A DNA stretch of 64,000 bases from Tubiluchus corallicola (taxonomy: Eukaryota; Animalia; Priapulida): the NCBI GenBank assembly GCA_030141605.1, contig JAQGDQ010000013.1:572447-636446 (forward strand), given 5' to 3'. The notes beneath the pieces are model-generated. The model was given only the letters and a program-made list of their open reading frames with translations, had not been told where the DNA came from and did no database searches. The translations under genes were made by a program, and so were the position numbers. This document shows positions 26,901 through 38,412 of this stretch, piece after piece. Position 1 is the stretch's first letter, and every line of letters starts with the position of its first letter.

Positions 26901-29900
26901 TAGCTCTCAAACTGATAAGGAGTAACTTATTTTCACTTAAGGTTACTCAAGCTGCAAAACAAAAGTTGTGACCTGGAAAATTTTTATCGGCTACAAACCT
27001 TGAAGATTAAAAGTTACTCTGCAGAGAAACCTTAAACTTATTTATTCTGGAAAACGGCCTTTACAATTACATAAAATTATAAACAAAGCCGAGGGCGTTG
27101 GACGGCAGCAGCAGCAGGTAGCGCTGTTTGATCGCAAAGTGACATCTATGGTCAATTCAGTGGTCAATCAAGCTTCTTCCTCAGTACTTACTTTTCACTT
27201 GCAAAACGGACCATCCCTTCCTCGTGGAGATAAATCCTCAACGGTTCAATTGATGTGACACAGACGTAGGCTCTAATGTGAAATTTGAATCCCTCTATGA
27301 GATATGGATTCTCTATGTATCTGAAATAAAAATTATATATTTTTTTATATAAATTACATAAATAATATAATTGCTTACAAAACGGTGGTGACACGGATTC
27401 CAGTGATTCAGTTCAACTCTGCTGTTAGACCATTCATTTACAGTATTGCCATCCAGTTCCTACAACTCTTGCAAATCTGCCTAGAGTCGTTCAGGCTGTA
27501 ATTTTAGATAAGGTTGATCTTGAATCATTTATACGGGCTTCATTCTAACGTTATAAATTTCATCGTCACCTCTGTACAGGTGACCGCTTGACAGTTGCTA
27601 TTTCTATAAGCAAACGTCATATGATCCGCCTAACTCGTTATTTTTTCCTTTTTGACATTTTTTCAATAGTTATGTGTTAATTTCCGCGTCGTATATCTGA
27701 CATTAGTGCATTGTGCTTATTGCATTAACTATGTGATGATCAGTGATTAATTATGATTGGTTGTCCTTCTGTGTTCTACCTAATGTTAGAGTTGTGAAAT
27801 CAAGTAACAATGTATATGTGCCAAATCACGTTACAATAAATTAGTGGCCACTCTTTTAATTACGTGCGGTTTTTCTTACAATGTCATGAACTAATCTATA
27901 GTACATATTTTAATAACAGCAAAACATTTTAAGCAACAGCTCGTAGACGTAAGCGGTATGCATCTCTTTCTATAAAAGACAAATTAGACTATACATATTT
28001 CCACCCGTTTGTTTGAATTCTAATCAACAATAAATTTAAAGCCAGATCGATGTGTCTCCCATAAACTTAGACAAGACCATTGCTGCATTTATCTTACAAT
28101 CTTTGAATGGCGCCCAGATTGTCTGCTGAGCGATTTCAAAACGGCAGAAGAAGTTTAAAATACTTACTGACTAAATGGAAAGTTAACAGATATTAACTCA
28201 GTTGAGGCAAATTTGTTAGCTTAAAATGGATTATTTAGGTGGAACGTATCATTACAATATGACATGGAAACATTAGGAGCGTGCAGGACCACAGAAAATA
28301 ATCGTGACAAGAAGATTCCCAAATTGTGACACGTTGACAAAGATTTACTTAAAAATCACAAGTCACAAAACTTCAGCGTTTTATTGTTTACGGAAATCAT
28401 TAACAATAAACACGGGTTTGAATTGAAACCTCACCTTTGCACGACGAGTTTTTTAGGCTTCTTTGGTACCTGGTCCCACTTGCTGATCACACCAATTCCC
28501 TTGCCTCCAACACGATCAAACTATAACAAAATACTGTTAGGCCTAGAGGGTTAAAGGAAAACAGGATGATTTTTCATATCATACGCCATTTTGAAGTACG
28601 GTAAGAAGGTATACATTTTAACAGCTATAATTCTGATGAAAGCGTTTCTGATAATTAAAAAATAGGTTAAAAATTTAGGATTAATCGAGCCCAACTAGTG
28701 ATGACATCACAACAGAACATATTTTTCAACAGCACAAACATTCCATGAGCGTGTTGCAGGTGCTTGCGAAAGCGGAAATTGAAGTGCACAGTGCTACAGT
28801 AACTGTACAACATTTAGTGTGATATACAAAAAGTTCGCAAATTTTGTTTAAGTTTCGAATTCAAATTTTAAATCTACCGCTATGCTCACACATGAGCTCT
28901 CGAACATCGATGATTGTCTGCCACATCACAATTGAACCATATCTGGAGTTGGAGGCACTAGTCGAGATGAAGACGCTTCTGCCCACTTCACTATCGAATT
29001 GTCGAAATGCATGCAGACGGTTAGCAGTAATTTACGTGAATGTGAAATTACGTTTCTGTGGTAATAATTCTTTCACGTAACTCATTCTTGAAGGAACAGT
29101 ATGTTCCCTTTGAAGAATTTGAAGATTAGATAGTTTTGTGCCATAGTTTAAGATAGGGTCCGGTTTTCGTTTAAACCAAAGATGTTAAATGGGGAGAGGT
29201 CCATTTCACATATTTATCAGCTTGTCTGTCCTGTTACAGTTTATTTGCACAACACAACGAAACTTTTCAACATTTTTCATCCAATTCATATTAAGTATAT
29301 ATGTTTTCATATTATATTTCTCAGCACTAGGTCCAGAAGCATTCGTAGTATCTCTAATTTCCTCCAAACCAATAGTTTCTGTTTCTTTTGTGAAACAATT
29401 TTCCACTTTAATCTCAGCAGCTTTCATTGTTGGATGGAGAAAGCGGAGTGCTGCCTTGCACTCGGTTTTCAGTTTTCTTTTTCGCTTATTTTTCTGACTT
29501 CTACTGATTACAGTAGATTTTTTTCGCCAAGCATAAGACTTTTTCTCGAAAATCAAGCCATGTCCTTGACATTTTTCTCCTTCAGATTTCTGTTTCTCTG
29601 TTTCAACATTTTTATTCGTCCCTTCAATTGATCAATTTGTGCTTTTGACATTGGGACATGGTTAACTTTATATTCCAAATTGAACACATATGAAGAATTT
29701 TTGAATGATTCCAATAATCGCTTTGATGACAAACCACCGCCACATTTTTTCACTTTATTATGATCATACTGCAGCTTCCAATAAAGCCTACCATCGAGGC
29801 CTGAGCAACAGTAATGTCATCACTATGTATGGCATGGTTCTTCAGTAATTTCTGAGGTAGTATATATTCATATTCATATTGTTTCTATGAAGTTCAAATT

Positions 29901-32900
29901 TATATTTATTTAGAAATATCAAGATTATAAGTGTTGTAAATACCGGTTTATAAATCCATTGTCTTTCTTTGGGATTTTTTTCCAGATATCTTTTGAACGC
30001 CTTCTTCTGGGCTGGTAAGATAAACGTAAGAGGTATGAAGCTAAAATCTTCTGTTCCGTGTTTGTCTCTTAGAAATTTAATGTTTCTCCAGAAACTGTCC
30101 TTCTGGCAAGCTTCTTTTCCTGATCCGGGAAAATGGTTGTGCTGAAATGCAGAAAACGTCCCCGTTTTTTCGCAAAATTTTGTCGTCAACAGAAAGGTCG
30201 CCAAACCAACAGAAGCCACATAGAAAATGACCCAAAGCAAATTCTCTTGTATGTTTGTATAATGAACCTACCTGAGCCTTACCAGAAAGCCTTCAGAACA
30301 AAAACACAACAAACCACTGATTTCAATTTTCAATGAGGGGCTTCTTAGTATTTTTATACGTTTGCGCTTTGCAAGTCTGCAACGTAGGACTGAACCAGCT
30401 TAACTGTGTTGCTTAATTGGCTCTGATGTATACACGTTAGCATATCTGCCCTGAAGGCAGAAAGCCTGGGTGCGAGCCACAATGAAGGTACAATGCAAAT
30501 TCAGTATTGCTTTCTTACGTGTAATTGCATTAGTCATTTTCTACGTTTCGACACATCAAAAAATGTGAACTGTGATTCCGCATTGATAAAGTGAATGAAC
30601 CTTTAGTAGGTTATAAGAAAGCATTGGATTATACAATGTAGTCTGGTTTTCAACTCACCTTCTGATATGACTGAAGTTCGTCAAATTCTATCCGTGTTCG
30701 ACAATAGCAGCCAAGCCACATTTGATCTTTCGGATCTGCAAACCAGGTTATTCATTTGATACAAAAAAGACAACAAACACCAATTGTAGCAGGCAAAGTG
30801 AATATTGTGAAATAAAATAAAAACAACAACCAAAACACAAAGAATAAAAGAAAAAGATGACCAGAAGGATGATGAGAGAAGCAGGGATTCCAGTCATCAG
30901 AACTAAGTGATAATTTAGAACTCATTATCATCACTTAGCATCGTTACATCCTTCAGACTTTTTAAATTGTGAGTTGGCCATTATGGATAACTAGTACAAA
31001 AACTTTTACAATTTTTGGCATCTATATTACAGTATAGAATGGATTACAGAATACCACATTCCATAAAAATTTGGATGTTCCATTTGTTATAAAAGTGTGC
31101 CTGTCAAGGATTTTTGTTTGTTAAATTTAATATAGCATTTTACAGTTACAAGTGGCGACATCTTGCTTCAATATTTGCATCCTAGTCAATTTCCGGTCAT
31201 TCAAGCTTCAATGTGTTCAAGTTATGACGTGTTTCTGTGAACTCACGATTTAATACCAACGATGTATGTAAATTTTATTTAGTTATTTACTGTAAGTCTC
31301 TCATTAATTTCACTTAATCGTAATCGATCATTTGATAAGAAATGAATTAGTTTATTAAAGGAATTTATATATCTCGTTTCAGATAAAATGTATAATTTTG
31401 GGTAATGGCGTCTCAGTGTCAGATATGAAGTAAATGACTAATGGGCACGGGACGTGAAGATGGTATACAAACAATAAACTATTATGCTGAGCAAAAAATG
31501 ATGACTTTGTTTGTCACCGTAAAGCCCAAACAGTGTCACTAGCCAGAACACTACAACTTGTTGGCAGAATAATTAATGCTATTATTATCTTCTTTCGATA
31601 TAAGTTAAAACTAGACCGGAATGCGAAGCATTGGGTTACTCGCTTATTGAGTTTTTGTCTGCCAAACTGCCTGGATATGTTACGTAAAACGCCATTTATC
31701 GTTGTCATAGAAACCGTTTTTCGTGAATATGCCGTTTAATACACAATTTACCGTTGACAAAGAATCCGTTTCTTCATAAAAATTTATAATACAGAGTAAC
31801 TCTATTTGATATCACAATATAAATCTGGCTTTTTCAAAGCTCAAACATTGGACAATCGGGTTGCACGTGTTTGCAAAAGCGTAAATTGAAGTACAGTGCT
31901 GCTGCACAACTTTCAGTGTAATATACAAAAACGCAGCAAATTTTAAGCTTAAAATTCAATTTCACGTTTACCACCGTCCTTACGCATGAGCTCGCCAACG
32001 TGTGCACTATAACACAACTGAACATCACCGAACTAAGAAGTACAGCACCTGATTTTTGTGCAATGCGTTTCCGATATGCAGTGCTAGTGCCCATGTAACT
32101 GACGAATGATAATGTACATGAAACAGGGAAGAACTACTGGCGCAAACTCGAAATTTTAGTTTCTGTGCTAATAATTCTTTCACGTAGGTCACTTTTGAAA
32201 GTAATAATATGTCACGTTTCAATATTGCATGGTGCAGATCGCTTTGAGCTGTAGTTTAAGATTTCTTACGATAGTTTAAGATTGGGCGCAGTTTTCTTTT
32301 AAGAAGTATGACTCACTCTGTAGGCTTTACAATAATATCTTCTTATAAAAATTTGGAAAAATGCTTTAGAAACCTTAAGTCTATGGACTCTATAAAACGT
32401 GATTATTTACCTGTTGTGCGTTTTTCTATCTTATTTGATATTAACTAGTAGTAGGAGTAAGGTATTTAGTTATGACCACCTCGAGTAACGTTCTGACTGG
32501 TTCTGACCCAAGAATGGGATCCACGTGGTTAGTCCAGTAACTTTCATGCACGTAGATTAAATTGCTACGAATTTCCAGGTGAACTAGTGATACACAACAC
32601 AATTTGTCACTTTCATTGCTGTAAATCTTTTTACCTTCTCGGCTATACCTTGTTACAGGGTTTCCCATCTTGTTCGAAATTTCAAAACCAGAAGACTGTG
32701 GGAAAATGGACTGTACAGCAAGATTGGTGGAACTTCTAGCAAGCTACAGCTGTGTATTATCGGAGGTTTGCTGATCCCATGGAACCTCCTGCAAGACACA
32801 ACAGTGTATTATCGGAGGTGCCTTGATCCCGTGGATCGTCCAACAACACACAACTGTGTATTATCGGAGGTCCCTTGATCTCGTGGAACCTCCTGCAAGT

Positions 32901-35900
32901 TTGCTGGTTTGAAGTGTTCCTTTACAAATTTGCAATTGGTTTTTAGGAATTTTATCTGCTGTGGCATTTTGCAGATCTCTACATTTGTTTATTTGTTCTT
33001 GTTCTTCTTCTTGTTGTTGATGATGATGCTATTGCTGTTTACACGCTTACCTGTTACGAAGCAATTTGACCGCTCGAGCATTTCCTGTATAACTGGCCAA
33101 TTCTGTTTTTTCGTGTTCCATTTCAGCTTCTTTGAAATGTAACTTGGTAAAGCTTGTACTAGAAAAATGGATTAATGCAATTAACTAACCTGCTCTTTAT
33201 GTAATTTTAAAGCGCAGTTTAAAGTCAACGAAGGAAGCCTCGTAACCATTCCTTAATAGAACTCTCTTGAGTTTAGTAAATTCATTATATAAACTAGAAT
33301 AAGTGCTGCACAGCATGGGGTTTTTACGTTGTTCAGCAATGAATTCTATAATACACAATTGTCGAGAACAAGAATAAACTCTGGTATCACGTCGAGAACT
33401 TGAATTTAATTTAAACAGTGCTTTCGGCACCACGTCGAGAACTTGAATTTAATTTACACAGTGCTTTCTGCACCACGTCGAGAACTTGAATTTAATTTAA
33501 ACAGTGCTTTCGGCATCACGCCGAGAACTTGAATTTAATTTAAACAGTGCTTTCGGCACCACGCCGAGAACTTGAATTTAATTTAAACAGTGCTTTCGGC
33601 ACCACGTCGAGAACTTGAATTTAATTTACACAGTGCTTTCGGCACCACACCGAGAACTTGAATTTAATTTACACAGTGCTTTCGGCACCATGTGGAGAAC
33701 TTGAATTTAATTTACACAGTGCTTTCGGCACCACGTGGAGAACTTGAATTTAATTTAAACAGTGCTTTCGGCACCACGTCGAGAACTTGAATTTAATTTA
33801 AACAGTGCTTTCGGCACCACGTCGAGAACTTGAATTTAATTTACACAGTGCTTTCGGCACCACGTCGAGAACTTGAATTTAATTTAAACAGTGCTTTCGG
33901 CACCACGTCGAGAACTTGAATTTAATTTACACAGTGCTTTCGGCACCACGTCGAGAACTTGAATTTAATTTAAACAGTGCTTTCGGCATCACACCGAGAA
34001 CTTGAATTTAATTTACACAGTGCTTTCGGCACCACGTCGAGAACTTGAATTTAATTTACACAGTGCTTTCGGCACCACACCGAGAACTTGAATTTAATTT
34101 AAACAGTGCTTTCGGCACCACGTCGAGAACTTGAATTTAATTTGCACAGTGCTTTCGGCACCACGTCGAGAACTTGAATTTAATTTACACAGTGCTTTCG
34201 GCACCACGTCGAGAACTTGAATTTCATTTACCCAGTGCTTTCGGCACCACGTCGAGAACTTGAATTTCATTTACACAGTGCTTTCGGCACCACGTCGAGA
34301 ACTTGAATTTCAATTACACAGTGCTTTCGGCACCACGTCGAGAACTTGAATTTAATTTAAACAGTGCTTTCGGCACCACGCCGAGAACTTGAATTTAATT
34401 TACACAGTGCTTTCGGCACCACGCCGAGAACTTGAATTTAATTTACACAGTGCTTTCGGCACCACGTCGAGAATTTGAATTTAATTTAAACAGTGCTTTC
34501 GGCACCACGTCGAGAACTTGAATTTAATTTAAACAGTGCTTTCGGCACCACGTCGAGAACTTGAATTTAATTTAAACAGTGCTTTCGGCACCACGCCGAG
34601 AACTTGAATTTAATTTACACAGTGCTTTCGGCACCACGCCGAGAACTTGAATTTAATTTACACAGTGCTTTCGGCACCACGTCGAGAACTTGAATTTAAT
34701 TTAAACAGTGCTTTCGGCACCACGTCGAGAACTTGAATTTAATTTAAACAGTGCTTTCGGCACCACGTCGAGAACTTGAATTTAATTTAAACAGTGCTTT
34801 CGGCACCCCGTCGAGAACTTGAATTTAATTTACACGGTGCTTTCGGCACCACGTCGAGAACTTGAATTTAATTTAAACAGTGCTTTCGGCACCACGTCGA
34901 GAACTTGAATTTAATTTACACAGTGCTTTCGGCACCACGTCGAGAACTTGAATTTAATTTACACAGTGCTTTCGGCACCACGTCGAGAACTTGAATTTAA
35001 TTTACACAGTGCTTTCGGCACCACGTCGAGAACTTGAATTTAATTTAAACAGTGCTTTCGGCACCACGTCAAGAACTTAATTTCTTGTTCGTTTGTTTGT
35101 TTTCTGCTCACATAAGAAAGGAGAGACGTTGTATCAAAAGTAAATGTACTTAAAATGTTGTTCTCGGAAAGATTTATTATTAATATCTGTTGTCCAATTT
35201 CGTGATCCCTGTATATAGTGAATGAAACGTAGTAGACATCACAACATGACGTAGTAATATCATTACGTAGTAGACGTCACAACAATTACAATTTACAATT
35301 TCAATATATCATTTTGGGAAAACTTATATTCGCTATAACGGGGACAAACTATACCCCTTTCATACAGTGCACTTATTTGATGAGAAACCTTTACCGTCTG
35401 CTCCACGGCAGATCAGGTTTCTCTTAATTTCTGCCTCGGACTTTATACCAGGCCTTATTTATTCAACACATTAAGTAGCTAATGAGACACTAAGTCAAGT
35501 TTTACATACTTGTACAATAGAACTACAAAAGTAATTATATACGTACTTTGTTAGGTACTTCCTACATGAGGCAATTAATTTGCTACTTGGAAATGTATTT
35601 CAGACAACAATGAATCAATGCAATTCTGTCGAAGAATGAATGTACAAGAATTCCCCCAAATCTACCCAAATTTCACTTTTCACAAGCATTTGAGGGAGTT
35701 GAGGGACCCATTCTGCAAGTTTTAAAATAACAGGGTAACAAATTTTTAGATTATTACAGAATCCTTTAAAAAGGATTCCTGGTTTTGGAAAGGTTCGGTC
35801 AGCTGATTTCTCTTTGTACATTATAATTATACAATTACAGTAATACACGGAACATACTTAAAAGTTGTAAATCATTGTGGCTGGATCAGCATCTAACTCG

Positions 35901-38412
35901 TTATTAAGGATAATATCCTCAATGCGAGAAATCATACGCGCATGAGAATCGGATTTTCTCAGCTAAACTGCCGCCTTTTCTCTAAAGGCTGTAAAGATAA
36001 TAACGGTCATCCAATATCGCCGAATTTTAACTGTGGATTTCGATTTGAGTCTGTTGAACACGTTTTGTTGCACTGCCCATTGTATCAACTAGCTAGGGGT
36101 GTTGTGTTTGATAAATTAAATGAAATACTTCTGGCTGAAAACCTTAATATAGCTGCCTTAGGAACTAATGATCTATTGAAGTTGTTCGGAAAAGATGAAT
36201 TTAACTATGTTGCTAACTGTAAAATATTCCAATGCATACATGACTTTATATTACGTACTAAACGCTTCCACTAGTTTCTATCTGATATGAAATGCATCAG
36301 TCTTAAATAATCGTACATTAATATTTTCTAACCGTCATTTTCTACTAATGTCTAATGTATTCTTGTAGTAAAACTTGTCAGCTTGTATAGTTATAGTCCA
36401 TTCTTGCTGTAAATGTTCTTGTAAATAGTGTATAAACTCTGTTGTGGTGAGGATCCTAAATCATGTTGTTCAAACTGTCTGATCCAATCCTAAATAAATT
36501 ATGTTTAAACTAATGCGAGAAATCATATGTGCAACAGTGTAAGTCAAAGTCAGATGTATAAATCCTCCCTCAAAAACAGAAATAGAGTGAATGTTTCAAA
36601 CGTTTGGAACGCTCCCGTTGGTCACCCATCTATTTACTAACTATGAACGACACTGTATAACTTGGTAGTTAAGCACACACCGTCACCACACAGCTAAATA
36701 TTTAGCTTCCGGTAAATGTAAGTGGATAGGTCCCTTACATGAGCGAGACTTATTTCACAATGGATGAATTGTTTTATGCACAAATATTAATTGAAAATTT
36801 TACATTTGGAACAAGTTTGGAACAAGCGTAAAAATGCAGGTGTTTACAAACGTTGCGAATCAAATTCAAGCGATAATTTAAATTTTACTAAAAAGTACAA
36901 ACAAACCTTGTGTTGTTGTTTCTGGTTTGATTTGGCATGTTGGCGTATTCTATTTTCTACTAGCTTATTTATAACTTATAACATACTAATTTGTCCAGGT
37001 AATCCAAAGTTGATTACAGGTGCAACATTTGAGAAAAGACTAGGTGTGAGTGCTGGGATAACTCGAGGACATTCTTGTAACTGTGAATTATTCCATAGTG
37101 AAGGTGAAGCTTCTACATTTGTCTGAATTCCAATAGACGCCTCTGAAACTATAATACCAGAAAGATGTCAGTTTTGAACCAGTCAATCACTCACCCATTT
37201 AATCAACCGAATAGCCAACTAGTTAAGCAACATATTTAGTTTCTCTTAGGCTCCTACGGCTGACTAATCAACTGACTAACCGTGTGACCAATTCAAGATT
37301 CACCTGAAGAAAGACGACGATGATAAGATATGTACCAATTAAAAAATTTCATAATCAACTTTTCATAAATTGATTGACAGAGAAAATGGCTGACAGACAA
37401 AATAGCTAAAAACACAATGGTATATTTTATTTGTCATCAGTAGGTAACTAATCACCTCAGTACTTACAACCCACTTCGTCTGTAACTACAATTACCTCTC
37501 AAATGGTCACTCTGATAAGTGTGCAGTGAAATAACTCAGCAGACAATATATAAGTCCAACATGTGGCCATTTGTCAAGGCTATATTAAACATTCACGGGC
37601 ACTGGAAAATTCCTTAAAATTTTCGACCTTACGACCAAATTGAGCAATAGGCCTACTGCTAACTGTAAATCAGTCTCTTGTCCACTTGCCCATGATGTAT
37701 CCATTTTACAAACATGCTACTATTAACATCAGATTCATTTTTCCGAATACATTCTATTAGATACTACAGCTTCTCTAGTTTCGTATGTGACTTTTAGCAA
37801 AATATTTAAAGGAAAACAGGAAGACAGAAAACACGCCATACCTTTTTTAACATATGTTGTGAACATATAGGTTTATTATCTACAACAATTAACAGAAACT
37901 TATGTGTCTGACTATTAAATACGATCCGCATAAAAACCAAATTTGAGCAAGTTTTCAGACAAGCCGGCGTGTTGCCCATCTAAGCACATTGTGAACGTGC
38001 AACAACTATAAACAAAGAAATAGGCTTCTGACGTAATAATGCTTAATGCAAAAACAATATTTTAGACCTTAAATCATTTTCAGCTACAGTTTAAAAATTG
38101 TACACTTTTTCTTTAAAATTGAAGGTGTCTCATACTATGCCATGTAAACTAAATAACTAAGTAAAGTTTTTATAGCAAGCATCCCTTATATAACAACAGT
38201 CAGTATATAATACAATACAATATAAGAAATAAAATAGTATTATATGAACACAAAATTATAAGAACACAATAATAATTGACATAAAGTTTACAAATAATAA
38301 AAAATAAAATAGCAAATAGTAAATAAAAACAATAATTTTTGTTTTATATACCTGCAAAATAAAAAGCAGCAAGAAATACAGCGGTGGCAGCAGCGTAGCA
38401 CCTGAGCATCAT
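5944..38412 (-). CDS. TTLL-A: TTLL4-like ATP-grasp ligase with N-terminal signal peptide, 14 coding exons, about 573 aa
   Basis: Exons (minus): 38412-38352, 37142-36987, 33158-33051, 30735-30659, 30141-29944, 28520-28435, 27320-27192, 25439-25317, 12336-12238, 11808-11674, 9816-9685, 9174-9048, 6602-6392, 6023-5944. All introns are GT-AG with consistent phases, and the total of 1722 nt is one open frame. Motifs include [80 protein letters not shown] and [32 protein letters not shown] (TTLL4-type tail). Confidence 0.92.
7630..7920. repeat. Imperfect tandem repeat, about 95-bp unit, about 3 copies
   Basis: ccatactcctgt...cactttt...ttgttcgtaatgtatgctag recurs three times. Confidence 0.7.
8230..8741 (+). 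mobile_element. 5S rRNA-derived SINE (SINE3-type), 5'-truncated, with 11-bp TSD
   Basis: 8230-8316 matches the 3' part of 5S rRNA (ctgatcaccgaagttcagc...ttagtacttggatgggtgaccgcctaggaataccaggtgctgcaggctt) and is followed by a GC-rich body of about 425 bp. The direct repeat AATGCACAGAT flanks it at 8219-8229 and 8742-8752. Confidence 0.8.
9960..10580 (+). mobile_element. LINE (L2/Crack-like) 3' remnant
   Basis: It reads ...[26 protein letters not shown]...[10 protein letters not shown], the typical end of L2/Crack ORF2. Confidence 0.6.
10628..11439. repeat. Minisatellite, 39-bp unit, about 21 copies
   Basis: Unit ttacttattca(t/c)ttattaacagatcacttaacaagtaat; it accounts for the 318-aa [16 protein letters not shown]. 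Confidence 0.95.
14060..14335 (-). mobile_element. Decayed DNA-transposon coding fragment (possibly Academ-like)
   Basis: It reads [15 protein letters not shown]...SPVENGW across a frameshift, resembling the LPP...H..RANYQ..W...P...GW motif of invertebrate transposon proteins. Confidence 0.35.
14477..14622. repeat. Tandem repeat, 49-bp unit, 3 copies
   Basis: gtcagtgaacgaagcgctgcaagaagatgcatctcatacatctacgctt occurs three times. Confidence 0.9.
14859..16049 (-). repeat. 3' LTR
   Basis: Near-identical to 20847-22037 (about 25 differences counted by eye) and adjacent to the PPT. Confidence 0.95.
16337..19335 (-). pseudogene. Retrotransposon pol (CCHC knuckle, protease, integrase, RT remnant, RNase H), disrupted
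   Basis: Motifs are [22 protein letters not shown] (protease), H..CPVC zinc finger with the DDE core ([22 protein letters not shown]), then [31 protein letters not shown] and NVADGLSR. There are several frameshifts and no YxDD RT motif. Confidence 0.9.
19236..20450 (-). pseudogene. Retrotransposon gag with SCAN-like capsid domain, frameshifted
   Basis: [11 protein letters not shown]...[22 protein letters not shown] is the SCAN-like capsid C-terminal domain characteristic of Gmr1 elements. Confidence 0.85.
20828..20845 (-). other. Primer binding site, tRNA-Leu
   Basis: The minus strand reads TGGTGGCAGCGGTGGGAT one base after the 5' LTR, complementary to the 3' end of tRNA-Leu (…ATCCCACCGCTGCCACCA). 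Confidence 0.9.
20847..22037 (-). repeat. 5' LTR
   Basis: Partner of 14859-16049 and adjacent to the PBS. Confidence 0.95.
22830..24926 (-). mobile_element. 5'-truncated LINE (L2/Crack/Daphne-like) reverse transcriptase
   Basis: Motifs [43 protein letters not shown] and VKFLGI are present, with one frameshift near 23500. The 3' end is ...ggcaaataaagattatt followed by a (TA)n tail. Confidence 0.9.
25740..26595. repeat. Minisatellite, 18-bp unit, about 47 copies
   Basis: Unit tcta(a/g)aagctcaagtg(c/t)g; it is intronic and accounts for three low-complexity ORFs. Confidence 0.95.
28555..29170. mobile_element. Non-autonomous DNA transposon with TTAA TSD (Kolobok-like MITE)
   Basis: It reads ttaa|aggaaaacagg ... 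ccggttttcgt|ttaa. Related internal sequence occurs at about 31605-32300 and 55840-56440, and the same termini at 37810-38112. Confidence 0.65.
31605..32300. mobile_element. Diverged copy of the Kolobok-like MITE family
   Basis: It shares aaattgaagtacagtgct...catgagctc...gtttaagat...gttttcttttaa with 28555-29170. Confidence 0.55.
32750..32900. repeat. Imperfect tandem repeat, about 52-bp unit, 3 copies
   Basis: tgtgtattatcggaggt...tgatc..gtgga recurs three times. Confidence 0.75.
33200..33310 (-). mobile_element. Penelope-like element RT C-terminal fragment
   Basis: [29 protein letters not shown] resembles the conserved ...E...l...l..NGYP..fi region of Penelope ORFs. Confidence 0.5.
33388..35078. 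repeat. Minisatellite, 43-bp unit, about 39 copies
   Basis: Unit cacgtcgagaacttgaatttaattta(a/c)acagtgctttcggcac, highly homogeneous. Confidence 0.97.
35937..36511 (+). mobile_element. 5'-truncated LINE with 16-bp TSD
   Basis: The ORF2 tail reads RIGFSQLN...[18 protein letters not shown]...TKRF. The TSD AATGCGAGAAATCATA is at 35921-35936 and 36512-36527. Confidence 0.85.
37810..38112. mobile_element. Short Kolobok-like MITE
   Basis: It reads ttaa|aggaaaacagg...cttttt ct|ttaa and has the same left terminus as the element at 28555. Confidence 0.5.

Noticed and set aside
30410-30490. tRNA-like sequence (TCTGC-CCTGAAG-GCAGA stem, GGGTgCGAGCC)
   Set aside because: It has no acceptor stem and a degenerate T-loop, so at most it is a decayed tRNA-SINE head.
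33388-35078. CRISPR-like array
   Set aside because: The units are contiguous with no unique spacers, there are no cas genes, and the context is eukaryotic.
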